From the NCBI GenBank assembly GCA_964631685.1, contig CAZVZU010000001.1, positions 192,001-256,000 on the forward strand: 64,000 nucleotides of DNA, read 5' to 3'. The notes under the pieces were generated by a model. It was not told the DNA's origin. It saw only the letters and a list, made by a program, of their open reading frames with translations, and searched no databases. How positions within the stretch are numbered: position 1 is the first letter of the stretch; every line of letters starts with the position of its first letter. This document shows positions 51,488 through 61,439 of the stretch, piece by piece. The DNA is from an uncultured Actinomycetes bacterium. Lineage in GTDB: Bacteria; SZUA-79; Acidulodesulfobacterales; Acidulodesulfobacteraceae. The position numbers and the translations under genes were made by a program.

Positions 51488-52773
51488 ATCATACCAAGAG
51501 TACAAATGTGGTTAGGCTTGCCGAAACATTAATGCCTGGTGGGGTTAACAGCCCTGTCAGAGCCTTCAAATCTGTAGATTTTTCTCCAATTATAATCAGT
51601 AGGGCAAAAGAAAGTAGAATTTTCGATATAGATGGTAATGAATATATTGATTACGTAATGTCTTACGGTCCAATGATATTGGGGCATGCCGACGATCGCA
51701 TAATCAAGGCCATAACGGGTGCATCAGTCAACGGATTTAGTTTTGGAGCAACAACGGAAGCAGAGGTAGAACTCGCCGGCTTAATTACTAAAAACGTTTC
51801 TTCTATGGAAATGGTCAGGCTGGTCAATTCCGGCACAGAAGCAGTAATGAGCGCACTAAGGCTTGCAAGGGGATATACTGAAAAGGATAAAATTATAAAA
51901 TTCGAGGGATGCTATCATGGACATTCAGATTTAATGCTTGTCAAAGCAGGGTCTGGGGCCCTTACAATGTCAACGCCGTCAAGCGCTGGAATTACCGAAT
52001 GTCCCTCCAAGAATACGCTTGTTGCAAGCTATAACGATATAGAATCCGTCAAAAAGATATTTCAAAAGAATAAAGGAAACATTGCAGGGATAATAATAGA
52101 ACCCGTTGCTGCAAATATGGGCGTTGTTCTGCCTAAAGAGGGCTTTCTAAGCGATTTAATGGATTTAGCGCATGAAAACAACTCCCTTATTATCTTCGAT
52201 GAGGTCATAACAGGTTTCAGATTATCGATGGGAGGAGCACAAGGTTTATTTGATTTAAAACCGGATATCACATGTCTTGGTAAGATAATTGGTGGAGGGC
52301 TACCTATTGGTGCTTTTGGCGGCAAAAGGGATATTATGGAATACCTTTCACCGATCGGCCCTGTTTACCAAGCAGGAACGCTTTCCGGAAACCCTATATG
52401 CGTAGCCTCCGGTATTGCAACATTAAAAGCCATGAAGGAGGACAACGCTATATCAAAGGCAAACGAAGCATTGGATTATATGGTTTCAAACTTAAAGAAT
52501 GAACTTAAGGGCAGGCTTGGGGATGGAATTGCAATAAACAGCATATCATCGATTCTCACGATATTTTTTAAGAAGGGGAGTGTTGGTAATTTTAGCGAAG
52601 TTATGCAGTCGGACACAAATGCATTTAAAAAATTCTTCGGCATGATACTAAATGAGGGATTATTTGTAGCACCATCACAGTATGAGGCTATGTTTTTGAG
52701 TTCCAGACATACAAAGGACGACCTGGATAAGACCATTTTGATTATCAAAAAAGCAATAGAAAAACTTTTTTGA
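51484..52773 (+). CDS. hemL: glutamate-1-semialdehyde 2,1-aminomutase
   Basis: MPGGVNSPVRAF, NSGTEA, FEGCYHGH, FDEVITGFR, GKIIGGGLP, YQAGTLSGNP. Confidence 0.97.
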   Translation: MNHTKSTNVVRLAETLMPGGVNSPVRAFKSVDFSPIIISRAKESRIFDIDGNEYIDYVMSYGPMILGHADDRIIKAITGASVNGFSFGATTEAEVELAGLITKNVSSMEMVRLVNSGTEAVMSALRLARGYTEKDKIIKFEGCYHGHSDLMLVKAGSGALTMSTPSSAGITECPSKNTLVASYNDIESVKKIFQKNKGNIAGIIIEPVAANMGVVLPKEGFLSDLMDLAHENNSLIIFDEVITGFRLSMGGAQGLFDLKPDITCLGKIIGGGLPIGAFGGKRDIMEYLSPIGPVYQAGTLSGNPICVASGIATLKAMKEDNAISKANEALDYMVSNLKNELKGRLGDGIAINSISSILTIFFKKGSVGNFSEVMQSDTNAFKKFFGMILNEGLFVAPSQYEAMFLSSRHTKDDLDKTILIIKKAIEKLF

Positions 52774-52861
52774 AAATCAAAATGCCGAGTCTAATAGTTA
52801 ATATGACACCCTCCGACAGGGGCAATTTTAACATTATAGCCATACTATTCAGGAGAACGTT

Positions 52862-53958
52862 ATGAAAAAAATGACCATAAACTCAGGACAGTCACGCCGC
52901 TTTTTATCGCTGGTGCCGATCCTGAGATAGATACAGAGATTAGAGAGTTAAGTATAAAAGGGATGCTCCGATTTTGCTACAGAGCGGTGCATCCAGGGTA
53001 TTCACGAGAGGACGAGGATCGCATCTTTGGTAGCACCGACAAGCGATCAGCCGTAACTCTTCGGATCACTGACAGACCGTCAAGCCCTACAGATAAAAAG
53101 GGTGATGTTTTCAACAAATACGCTACTTATTTAGGTTATGGCGTAATAATGAGAGATAAGGATAGCAAAAAATTAGAGGCCGTACGGCCTTATTTCAAAG
53201 AAGGTACAACCTTAACGCTTAACTTAATGTTCCACAGTCTCAGCGATAACGAACTCAAAAGCGTAGAGCGATCGCTTTGGGCTTGACTTGTTTTCGGCGG
53301 ACTTGGTGCACGCAGTAGAAGAGGATTTGGCTCACTTGTGGTAGAAAGTATTGCGGGAAATGAGCTTAACGAACTTATATGGAGATTTAATAATATTTGC
53401 CAGTTGACACTCATTTATCAAGGCTATCGCCGACAAACCTTCAGAACAACCCGAATATACATGCTTCGGCAAAGGTTCACAACTGATTGTGATATCTGCT
53501 AAAAACGAGGGAAAGGTCTTAGAGTACATCGGAAAACAAATGTGAAACTATCGCTCTCACAGAGCTAAAAAATACTTTTAAGGTGACCATGACATCGTTG
53601 ATGAATATCTTGCTGACAACATTGAGCCTACTTCCTGCCCAAAGCGGGTAGCATTTGGGCTACCCGCATAATTATCACTTTTCATCATTGGAAAAAAATG
53701 CCTCAATTAATCTTATGGAAGGGGAGTAAAGTAGGCCGACGCTCCAGCCCTCTGTTTTTGCATATTCAAGAGCTGAACAACGGACGGTCATTTATTATAA
53801 TAACCTATCTTCCCGCAAGGTTCTTACCTGAAGATAAGAAGTTGACAATTAGTGGCGGCAGTGAGCCTGCGGAACTGACGTTTGATGATTTTTCCGCAGT
53901 CGAGAGCTTTATGTATAAACTTTCTCAAGAAGCCGATTATGTTTATATCAACGCATAA
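52862..53958 (+). pseudogene. cmr1: degenerate cmr1 (type III-B CRISPR RAMP subunit)
   Basis: Across shifting frames: TVTPLFIAGAD..EIR..SIKGMLRF.YRA, IFGST, [TGA]LVFGGLGARSRRGFGSL, PEYTCF, RVAFGLP, RRSSPLFLHI. Several frameshifts and in-frame stops. Confidence 0.85.
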
Positions 53959-54136
53959 CGTCTTAAGAAGTCCGTATAAATACCCAACATCTATATAACC
54001 AATTACTAAAAAACCATAGCCATCCTACATCTCTATTTTAATTTTAATTAGATAGCTACAGATGATAAAAGATGCGATCTTAAAAGTACCGGCAACGTTA
54101 TAAAACCGTCCAAGAGGACTTCCATCAAGATTGAGT

Positions 54137-54212
54137 TGGTGGAGGGTATGGGACTCGAACCCACGACCTACGCCATGCGAAGGCGTCGCTCTACCAACTG
54201 GGCTAACCCCCC
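54137..54212 (-). tRNA. tRNA-Ala (CGC)
   Basis: Reverse complement ggggggttagcccagttggtagagcgacgccttCGCatggcgtaggtcgtgggttcgagtcccataccctccacca; G3:U70 identity pair. Confidence 0.95.
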
Positions 54213-54568
54213 CCACTTTAAAAAGCTCAACAAATCAAGTGTTATTATCTCAAAAAATACCTATAAATGCAAATACTAAAAATATTTTAATCCAATATAA
54301 TATTAGGATTATTATAATAAAATGTTCTAAAGATATATTAAAATTAGATTTTATTGCGGATTTGACTTTTTATATTATAAGGATAAAATAAAGAAAGATG
54401 CTAAGGAGGGCGTGGCTTTTGCGCTTTACAGGGTAGAGATATTCAAAAAATATTAAGGAGGTGATTAGAGAAGAATATAGAGCATCTAATGCCGCTGCTC
54501 AGGATAAAATTAAATTTTTAATAGAATGAGACATATGTCGATTGTCAATAAAGAGGAGGATTGTTGCA

Positions 54569-56026
54569 ATGAGTGAATCACTGTCGTTAAAACAAAGAAT
54601 TAAATCTACTGTCGTAAAAAACACACTTTATCTGGCAGGTAATTATATAGCACCGAAATTAAGAGATGAGACAATAGTTAAGATTTCCGATAAATTAAGC
54701 AACTTTAAGGCTCCTGCAGGAAAGATTTTTTTTGACCACATCTTTGTAAATCTAAAAAGAAGATTACCCCATCTTTCCAAGGGTGTCAAAAAGGGGATAT
54801 TGGATAATTTTATCTCCAATTTTTTAATTTTAAGCGGGGAAAGGAGGAGAGAGTTTATTGAGAAAAATGGATTTTATCCACCACTTTTTTATGTCATTAG
54901 CCCAACAATGCATTGCAATTTAAAATGCTATGGATGCTATTCCGCAAACTACGAAAGAAAAGATATGCTTTCATACGAAAAGATTAACCAGATCATCGAC
55001 GAAGGTAAAAAGTTCGGGATATTTTTCTATACATTTTCCGGAGGAGAGCCTTTTATTAGAAAAGATCTTATAGATATAATCGAAAAAAATAACGACTGCT
55101 ATTTTCAAATATATACAAACGGTTCATTAATCGACGGTAGGATGGCTGAGAAAATAGCTAATATAGGCAATGTGTTTCCTTGCATAAGTGTTGAGGGTTT
55201 TGAAAAGGAAACAGACGAAAGGAGGGGAAAGGGGCACTTTAAGAAGGTTCTCTCGGCAATGAATTATCTGAAGGATAATGGAGTACTTTTTGGATTTTCG
55301 GCAACGGCCACTAGATTCAACAACGATGTTATAGTAAGCGATGAATTTATAGATTTTTATATAAAACAAGGTTGTTTTCTCGGATGGTATTTTAATTATA
55401 TACCTATCGGCCGTGAACCCGATGTTAGCCTCATGCCTACGCCAGAACAACGAAATTATAGAAGAAAAAGAATAGCGACAATAAGGGAAATTAAACCTAT
55501 CGTAGTTGCAGATTTCTGGAATGACGGCATACTCTCGCACGGATGTCTTTCAGGCGGCAGGGTTTATCTCCACATAAATGCGAATGGCGGTGTTGAGCCT
55601 TGTGTGTTTGCCCAATTTGCTGCCGACAATATATTCGATAAATCAATGGAAGATATCCTTAATTCTATGTACTTCAAATCCATCAGGAGAGAGCAAATGG
55701 GCGTCAATAATAGGCTTCGCCCATGCATGATAATAGACCATCCTAAAATATTACGCAAGGTCGTAGCCGAAGGTGGAGCAAAAGCCACGCAAGAAGGCGG
55801 CGATTCCATTATAACGACACTCAAGGATGAAATGGATGAATATTCGCGGAGCTATGGAAAAATTGCCGACCGCACTTGGGAAGAAGAGTTTGGCAAAGGC
55901 AAATTTTTTTATAACTACGATGGCAAAAAGATCGAGCTGAATGAGGAAGAGTACTATAGAAGGAGTTTTTACCCTTTAAGTGGTGGTAAAAATTTAAAGA
56001 AACAAAATAAGAGGACACATTATTAG
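54569..56026 (+). CDS. radical SAM / SPASM-type protein
   Basis: ISPTMHCNLKCYGC, SGGEPF, YTNG, ADFWNDG...GCLSGGR.YLHINANG.VEPCVF, RPCMIIDHP; GAGGAGG RBS before ATG 54569. Confidence 0.88.
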   Translation: MSESLSLKQRIKSTVVKNTLYLAGNYIAPKLRDETIVKISDKLSNFKAPAGKIFFDHIFVNLKRRLPHLSKGVKKGILDNFISNFLILSGERRREFIEKNGFYPPLFYVISPTMHCNLKCYGCYSANYERKDMLSYEKINQIIDEGKKFGIFFYTFSGGEPFIRKDLIDIIEKNNDCYFQIYTNGSLIDGRMAEKIANIGNVFPCISVEGFEKETDERRGKGHFKKVLSAMNYLKDNGVLFGFSATATRFNNDVIVSDEFIDFYIKQGCFLGWYFNYIPIGREPDVSLMPTPEQRNYRRKRIATIREIKPIVVADFWNDGILSHGCLSGGRVYLHINANGGVEPCVFAQFAADNIFDKSMEDILNSMYFKSIRREQMGVNNRLRPCMIIDHPKILRKVVAEGGAKATQEGGDSIITTLKDEMDEYSRSYGKIADRTWEEEFGKGKFFYNYDGKKIELNEEEYYRRSFYPLSGGKNLKKQNKRTHY

Positions 56027-56047
56027 ATAAGAGTATATGCTATCATG

Positions 56048-56098
56048 TAGCCAGCGTACTTGCGCGTGTTTACTCGCGCAAGTACGCTGGCTATTTTT
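56048..56098 (+). terminator. intrinsic terminator
   Basis: 19-bp perfect stem tagccagcgtacttgcgcg / cgcgcaagtacgctggcta followed by ttttt. Confidence 0.88.
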
Positions 56099-56138
56099 GT
56101 TTAGCTTAGAAATATTTTTTATACTATAATAAAAACAT

Positions 56139-58256
56139 ATGATTGCAGATGTGGTTATCCCTAAAACAGGAACTAATATTAAATTTAGTTATACAATACC
56201 CAAAATTTTTGAGGAAGTGGCAGATATCGGCATGGCCGTTTTAGTGCCCTTCAAAAATACACTTCTTTACGGCTATATATACGATATTAAAAACTCGCTT
56301 GACGTAGCCGGATTAAAAAAAATCAAATTAAAAGAAATACACCAGCTTTCAAAAGCATCTTTTTTTAAGGAAATCCATAAAGATTTATATAACTTTTTGT
56401 CCTCATATTACCATGAAAATATCTCAAGGGTCTTGGAAACTACATTGCCGTCTATTGGCGTAAAACATTTTAATCTTTTAGACAAATATTACGAAGAAGC
56501 ACAAAGTGCAAGTAATAATCAAAACCCGGAACCGACAAATATTATTTCCGATATCCCCTACAAGCTTACAAATAATCAGATAGATGCGGCTAAAGCAATT
56601 AAAATTGCAATGAAAAACGGCATATATAAAACATTTTTACTTCATGGCGTTACGGCAAGCGGAAAAACAGAAATTTATTTTAATTTATTAGAATTTGCTT
56701 TAAGTTTAAATAAGCAAATAGTTATAATTGTTCCAGAAATATTCATCACAAATCAATTTATTTATTTGATAAAAAATAGATTCAAAGGATTACTACAGCA
56801 AAATAAATTTGCAATATTTCATAGTAAAATTTCCAAAAAAGAGAAATTAGTTAATTGGTTTAGGATAATAAATGGAGATGTTCAATTAATTTTAGGGGCA
56901 AGATCAGCTATATTTGCCCCCTTAAAAAATGCAGGGCTCGTGATAGTAGACGAGGAACATGACGGCTCATATAAACAACAGTCGGGTCTTTTATATAATG
57001 CAAGAGATACTGCGGTTATGATTGCTAAAAAAGCCTCTGCCGTTTGCGTTTTGGGTTCAGCAACCCCTGCATTGGAATCATATTACAATGCAAAGGTGCT
57101 TCATAAATATGAATATATTCATATTAAAAGTAGAGTAAAAGGCCATCTTATGCCGATTGTAAAATTAATAGACTTGAAGAAAGAATTTAAAAATTCAGCC
57201 AAAACCGAGTTTAAAGATAAAATTTTATCCAGTAAATCGATAGGATTTATAAGAGATAATCTGAAACAGAATAGGCAAGCGTTACTTTTCTTAAACAGAA
57301 AAGGGTTTTCCACATTTCTGATATGCACATCATGCGGACATCACTTTTTTTGTAAAAAATGCGCCATTTCGTTGGTCTATCACAAAAAACAAAATACAAC
57401 AACTAACGAAAATGGATTTTTGAAATGTCATTACTGCAATTATCAGGAAAACGTTCCTAAAGCATGCCCTGAATGCGGTAGTGAAAATATTGAACCGTAC
57501 GGGGTCGGAGTTCAGAAATTAGAAGATAATGTCAGGTTATTATTTAATGATAATACTGCTAAAATTGAAAGGGTTGACTCTGATATTGTAAAAAGCCAGA
57601 AAAAGGGGGCAGAAATATTCAAAAAAATGCAAAAGAAAGAAATTGATATACTTATCGGGACACAACTTATCACTAAAGGTCATGATTTTCCGAATGTCGG
57701 ACTTGTTGTTGTAATACTAGCTGACGGTTTATTGAACATCCCCGATTTTAGAAGCGCCGAGAAAGCATTTCAGGTGTTAATGCAAGTTTCGGGAAGAGCA
57801 GGTAGAGGCGATCACCGCGGAGATGTAATAATACAAACATTCATAGTTAATAACTATATATTAAATTTTGCCATCGATCATGATATTATAGGCTTTTACG
57901 AAAAAGAACTTGAAATACGGGAAGAATATGGCTATCCTCCATACTCTAAAATAGCGGCAATAAGATTAATAGATAAAAACCTTGATAAGCTCAGAAAAAC
58001 ATCGCAAGATTTACGAAATATTGTTGATAAAATAATTAAATTAAATGGATTTGAAAATATATCCGTATTGGGTCCGTCTCCGTGTCCAATTGAAAAAATA
58101 GATAATAATTTTAGATACCAGTCAATATTAAAATCTCGCGGCAAAATGTCTGATCTACATAAATTGATAAGCATGTTAAAGCAAGATTTACAATTGTCAA
58201 AATACTTTATAACTCAAAAAATCATTATAGATATTGACCCTGATGTTCTTATGTGA
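56139..58256 (+). CDS. priA: primosomal protein N'
   Basis: GVTASGKTE, DEEHD.SYKQ, four CxxC zinc motifs, KGHDFP, QVSGRAGR. Confidence 0.96.
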   Translation: MIADVVIPKTGTNIKFSYTIPKIFEEVADIGMAVLVPFKNTLLYGYIYDIKNSLDVAGLKKIKLKEIHQLSKASFFKEIHKDLYNFLSSYYHENISRVLETTLPSIGVKHFNLLDKYYEEAQSASNNQNPEPTNIISDIPYKLTNNQIDAAKAIKIAMKNGIYKTFLLHGVTASGKTEIYFNLLEFALSLNKQIVIIVPEIFITNQFIYLIKNRFKGLLQQNKFAIFHSKISKKEKLVNWFRIINGDVQLILGARSAIFAPLKNAGLVIVDEEHDGSYKQQSGLLYNARDTAVMIAKKASAVCVLGSATPALESYYNAKVLHKYEYIHIKSRVKGHLMPIVKLIDLKKEFKNSAKTEFKDKILSSKSIGFIRDNLKQNRQALLFLNRKGFSTFLICTSCGHHFFCKKCAISLVYHKKQNTTTNENGFLKCHYCNYQENVPKACPECGSENIEPYGVGVQKLEDNVRLLFNDNTAKIERVDSDIVKSQKKGAEIFKKMQKKEIDILIGTQLITKGHDFPNVGLVVVILADGLLNIPDFRSAEKAFQVLMQVSGRAGRGDHRGDVIIQTFIVNNYILNFAIDHDIIGFYEKELEIREEYGYPPYSKIAAIRLIDKNLDKLRKTSQDLRNIVDKIIKLNGFENISVLGPSPCPIEKIDNNFRYQSILKSRGKMSDLHKLISMLKQDLQLSKYFITQKIIIDIDPDVLM

Positions 58257-58320
58257 TAAACTAAGGGCTTAGGTTGAGTGTTTTTCAGATTTTAGTTGGT
58301 TAATTTTAATGAGGTTACTT

Positions 58321-58605
58321 ATGAATAAAGCTGAATTTGTCGAAAAATTTGCTAAAAAAAATAATATTTCTATTAAGGTATCAGGCGTAATAGTGGACAC
58401 AATAGTGGATACGATAAAAGAAGCTTTAATTCAAAGAAAAAGAGTTGAGATAAGAGGTTTTGGAAGCTTTTGTATTAAAGAATATGGTGCATACATGGGT
58501 AGAAATCCTAAGACCGGAGAGATTATCAATGTTCAAGATAAATTAGCTCCTTTTTTTAAAATGAGCAAGGTTTACAAAAATAATCTCATTAAGGAGAACA
58601 GTTAA
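58321..58605 (+). CDS. HU/IHF-family DNA-binding protein
   Basis: MNKAE, RVEIRGFGSF, GRNPKTGE, PFFK. Confidence 0.92.
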   Translation: MNKAEFVEKFAKKNNISIKVSGVIVDTIVDTIKEALIQRKRVEIRGFGSFCIKEYGAYMGRNPKTGEIINVQDKLAPFFKMSKVYKNNLIKENS

Positions 58606-58624
58606 TTATTTTATAAAACCAATT

Positions 58625-60028
58625 ATGGAAGGTGTCAAGAAAAAGAGGTTTTTCGTAAAAACTTACGGTTGTCAAATGAATTTCCATGATTCCGGTTTAA
58701 TCGAAGATGGCCTTTTAAAGAATGGGTTCAGTAAGGCAATATCTCCCGACAGTGCCGATATTGTTATCCTTAATACATGTAGCGTCCGAGACCGCGCAGA
58801 ACATAAAATTGCTTCAGCGGTAGGCAGGCTAAACAAAAACACGAAAATTGTTCTCGCAGGTTGCTTTGCAAAGCATATTAAACTAAAAAAGGAAAATAAA
58901 ATAGATGACAGCAGTACAAACATTCCGATAGATTACTGTTTTGCACCGGACGAGATATTGTCCATTCCGGATGTCCTTGCCAATGATTTGAAAAAGGACC
59001 ATGCCCGCAACATAAATGACAAGAAAATTGAGCCCGTCACAACGGACAATTACCAAAATTTTCATTTAGTCGAAGATTATTTTTATAATAAAAGCGTAAA
59101 CAGCGATACTGCAACGATCAAAATTATAGAAGGTTGCAATAATTTTTGTTCTTACTGCATCGTTCCATTCGTCAGAGGCAGAGAAAGATCTATACCCTTG
59201 GACATAATATGTAATACCGCACAAATATATGCAAACAAAGGTATAAGCGAAATTCTTCTTCTAGGCCAAAATGTTAACTCATATTTATCACCAGAGTCTG
59301 ATAACAGTAAAAAAAACTTTTCCTATATGCTTGAGACTTTAACAAAAATAGATGGTATAAAAAAGATAAAATTTTTAACATCCCATCCTAAGGATTTCAA
59401 TGACGAATTAATAGAATTAATTTGCAAAAATGAGAAGGTTTCGAAAAGTATACATCTGCCGGTTCAGTCAGGTTCCGACAAGATACTGTCCGCCATGAAT
59501 AGAGGCTACACGAGACGAGATTATTTAAGGCTTATAGAAAAACTTAGAAAAGGATATCCTGACATTGTATTTTCCACAGATATAATAGTCGGTTTTCCAA
59601 CGGAAAACGAAGAGGATATAGATATGACACTTTCTCTGTTAGACGAGGTAAAATTTGATTTTATATTCGGATTTAAATATTCTCCAAGGCCTTTTACGAA
59701 ATCTTTCAAAATTCAGGACGATGTTGTTTCTGAGAAAAAAAAAGAAAGACTTGAAAAAGTTTTTAAGAAACAGAGGGGTATCTTTGGTTCCATTTTAAAC
59801 GAATTGAAAGATACACAGGTTAATGTTACAATCTCTAAAATAGATGAAGAAAAAAATTCCTCGGAATTCAAAAAAGGTATCCGCTTTAAAGGAGAAGGGT
59901 TGAACGAAAGAACAATATATATTATCAATAAAAACGAATACACAAATTTGATAATCGGGGATAAAAGAAGGGTAGTAATTACATATGTCGAAAATAATAG
60001 GCTTTATGGTGAGGTTCTAATAAAATGA
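58625..60028 (+). CDS. miaB: tRNA methylthiotransferase MiaB
   Basis: TYGCQMN, NTCSVR, GCNNFCSYCIVP, LLGQNVNSY, HLPVQSGS, TDIIVGFP. Confidence 0.93.
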   Translation: MEGVKKKRFFVKTYGCQMNFHDSGLIEDGLLKNGFSKAISPDSADIVILNTCSVRDRAEHKIASAVGRLNKNTKIVLAGCFAKHIKLKKENKIDDSSTNIPIDYCFAPDEILSIPDVLANDLKKDHARNINDKKIEPVTTDNYQNFHLVEDYFYNKSVNSDTATIKIIEGCNNFCSYCIVPFVRGRERSIPLDIICNTAQIYANKGISEILLLGQNVNSYLSPESDNSKKNFSYMLETLTKIDGIKKIKFLTSHPKDFNDELIELICKNEKVSKSIHLPVQSGSDKILSAMNRGYTRRDYLRLIEKLRKGYPDIVFSTDIIVGFPTENEEDIDMTLSLLDEVKFDFIFGFKYSPRPFTKSFKIQDDVVSEKKKERLEKVFKKQRGIFGSILNELKDTQVNVTISKIDEEKNSSEFKKGIRFKGEGLNERTIYIINKNEYTNLIIGDKRRVVITYVENNRLYGEVLIK

Positions 60029-60708
60029 TAGCTGATTTTCACACTCATACTACGTTTTCAGACGGAGAGCTTGTTCCTGCAGAATTGATTAGAAGGGCTA
60101 TTTATGCCGGAATAGAAGTCATTGCAATAACAGATCATGCCGATTTTTCTAGCATAGAGTTTAATTTATCTAGCATTAAAAAAATTTGTGAAAAAATAAA
60201 TGCCTTATATGGTGATAATGGTAAATTCAAGGTATTGCCTGGCGTGGAAATAACCCACATTCCCCCAGCGCTTATAAAAAACGCAGTCAGTCTTGCAAGA
60301 AGGTGCGGTGCATCCATTGTTATAGTCCATGGGGAAACACTAGTTGAACCAGTCGAAAAAGGAACAAATTTGGCGGCATTGAACGAGGATATTGATATAC
60401 TGGCTCACCCAGGTTTAATTACGGAGGAGGATGCCTTACTTGCAAAAAAAAACGGCATCTATTTAGAACTTTCATATAGAAAAGGACACTGTCTGTCAAA
60501 TGGCCATGTGAAAGATATCGCAAAAAGAGTAGGGGCTCAACTTATTATATCAAGCGATGCACATTCGCCTTCTGATATTTTAGACGAAACAAAATATAAA
60601 AATGTCGGGTTAGGGGCAGGGTTGACTTACTCAGAGATTAATAAAATAAAAGAAAATGCAAAAATTATCGCAATGCAAGCTTTTCAAAAGCATGCTTGTA
60701 TAAACTAA
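60025..60708 (+). CDS. PHP-domain phosphoesterase
   Basis: DFHTHT.FSDG, ITDH, GVEITH, AHPG, SDAH. Confidence 0.9.
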   Translation: MIADFHTHTTFSDGELVPAELIRRAIYAGIEVIAITDHADFSSIEFNLSSIKKICEKINALYGDNGKFKVLPGVEITHIPPALIKNAVSLARRCGASIVIVHGETLVEPVEKGTNLAALNEDIDILAHPGLITEEDALLAKKNGIYLELSYRKGHCLSNGHVKDIAKRVGAQLIISSDAHSPSDILDETKYKNVGLGAGLTYSEINKIKENAKIIAMQAFQKHACIN

Positions 60709-60744
60709 CAATTAGATACAAGTAAAGATGAGGGACAAGACAAA

Positions 60745-61401
60745 ATGGACAAGATAGATTTTGAAGGATTTTTAGTTAAAAATAAGGTGTTATTAACAGT
60801 AGGTATTGTAGCTATTGTCATACTTATCGGTTCAATTTTTGCTTATAGATACTATGAGTTTAGAATGAATACATCTGCTAATACATTGTTGTGGAAAGGG
60901 ATAAAATCCTATATGTCCCTCAACGGCAAAAACCAAAAAATGTCTGCCGAATCTTCTATTGTCTATCTTAAAAAAATTAAGAGCAAGTACAAGGGAACCA
61001 ATGCATATAAGATTGCCAATTTTTACTTAGGATTGGACTATAGAAAGATTGGCAAATTAAATAAATCTATAGTTTATTTGTCCGAATATACTAAAATGTA
61101 TCCCAAACCCAATTCAAGCAATCTATCTTATTTGGCATATAGCAATATGGCAGATATTGCAATGATCGAAAAGAATTATAAGAATGCCGTTAAGTATTTC
61201 TCAGAGATGACCAAAATAGATAGCATTAGGTTGCAAGAACATGCACTTCTAAGAGAGGCCTACCTTTACACTCAAATCAAAGAACAAAAAAAGGCTATAG
61301 CAATTTATAAAGCTATACTGACTAATGATGCTATCACCAAAGACAGGGGGTATATTGAAAATCTTATACAGCTTAATTCATATAAATTAAAAAAACAATA
61401 G
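60745..61401 (+). CDS. membrane-anchored TPR protein (YfgM-like)
   Basis: N-terminal TM followed by TPR-like helical repeats. Confidence 0.75.
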   Translation: MDKIDFEGFLVKNKVLLTVGIVAIVILIGSIFAYRYYEFRMNTSANTLLWKGIKSYMSLNGKNQKMSAESSIVYLKKIKSKYKGTNAYKIANFYLGLDYRKIGKLNKSIVYLSEYTKMYPKPNSSNLSYLAYSNMADIAMIEKNYKNAVKYFSEMTKIDSIRLQEHALLREAYLYTQIKEQKKAIAIYKAILTNDAITKDRGYIENLIQLNSYKLKKQ

Positions 61402-61439
61402 TGGTGTGCTAAGTACATAATTTTCGATAGGCAAAAAAA

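Noticed and set aside
52862..53958. In-frame TGA codons in the cmr1-like region read as selenocysteine (a tRNA-Sec is present)
   Set aside because: The region also has a TAA stop and several frameshifts, and the TGAs are not at Cys-like positions, so a pseudogene is the simpler explanation
54025..54391. ORFs 54025-54216 (-) and 54131-54391 (+)
   Set aside because: Both overlap tRNA-Ala; spurious
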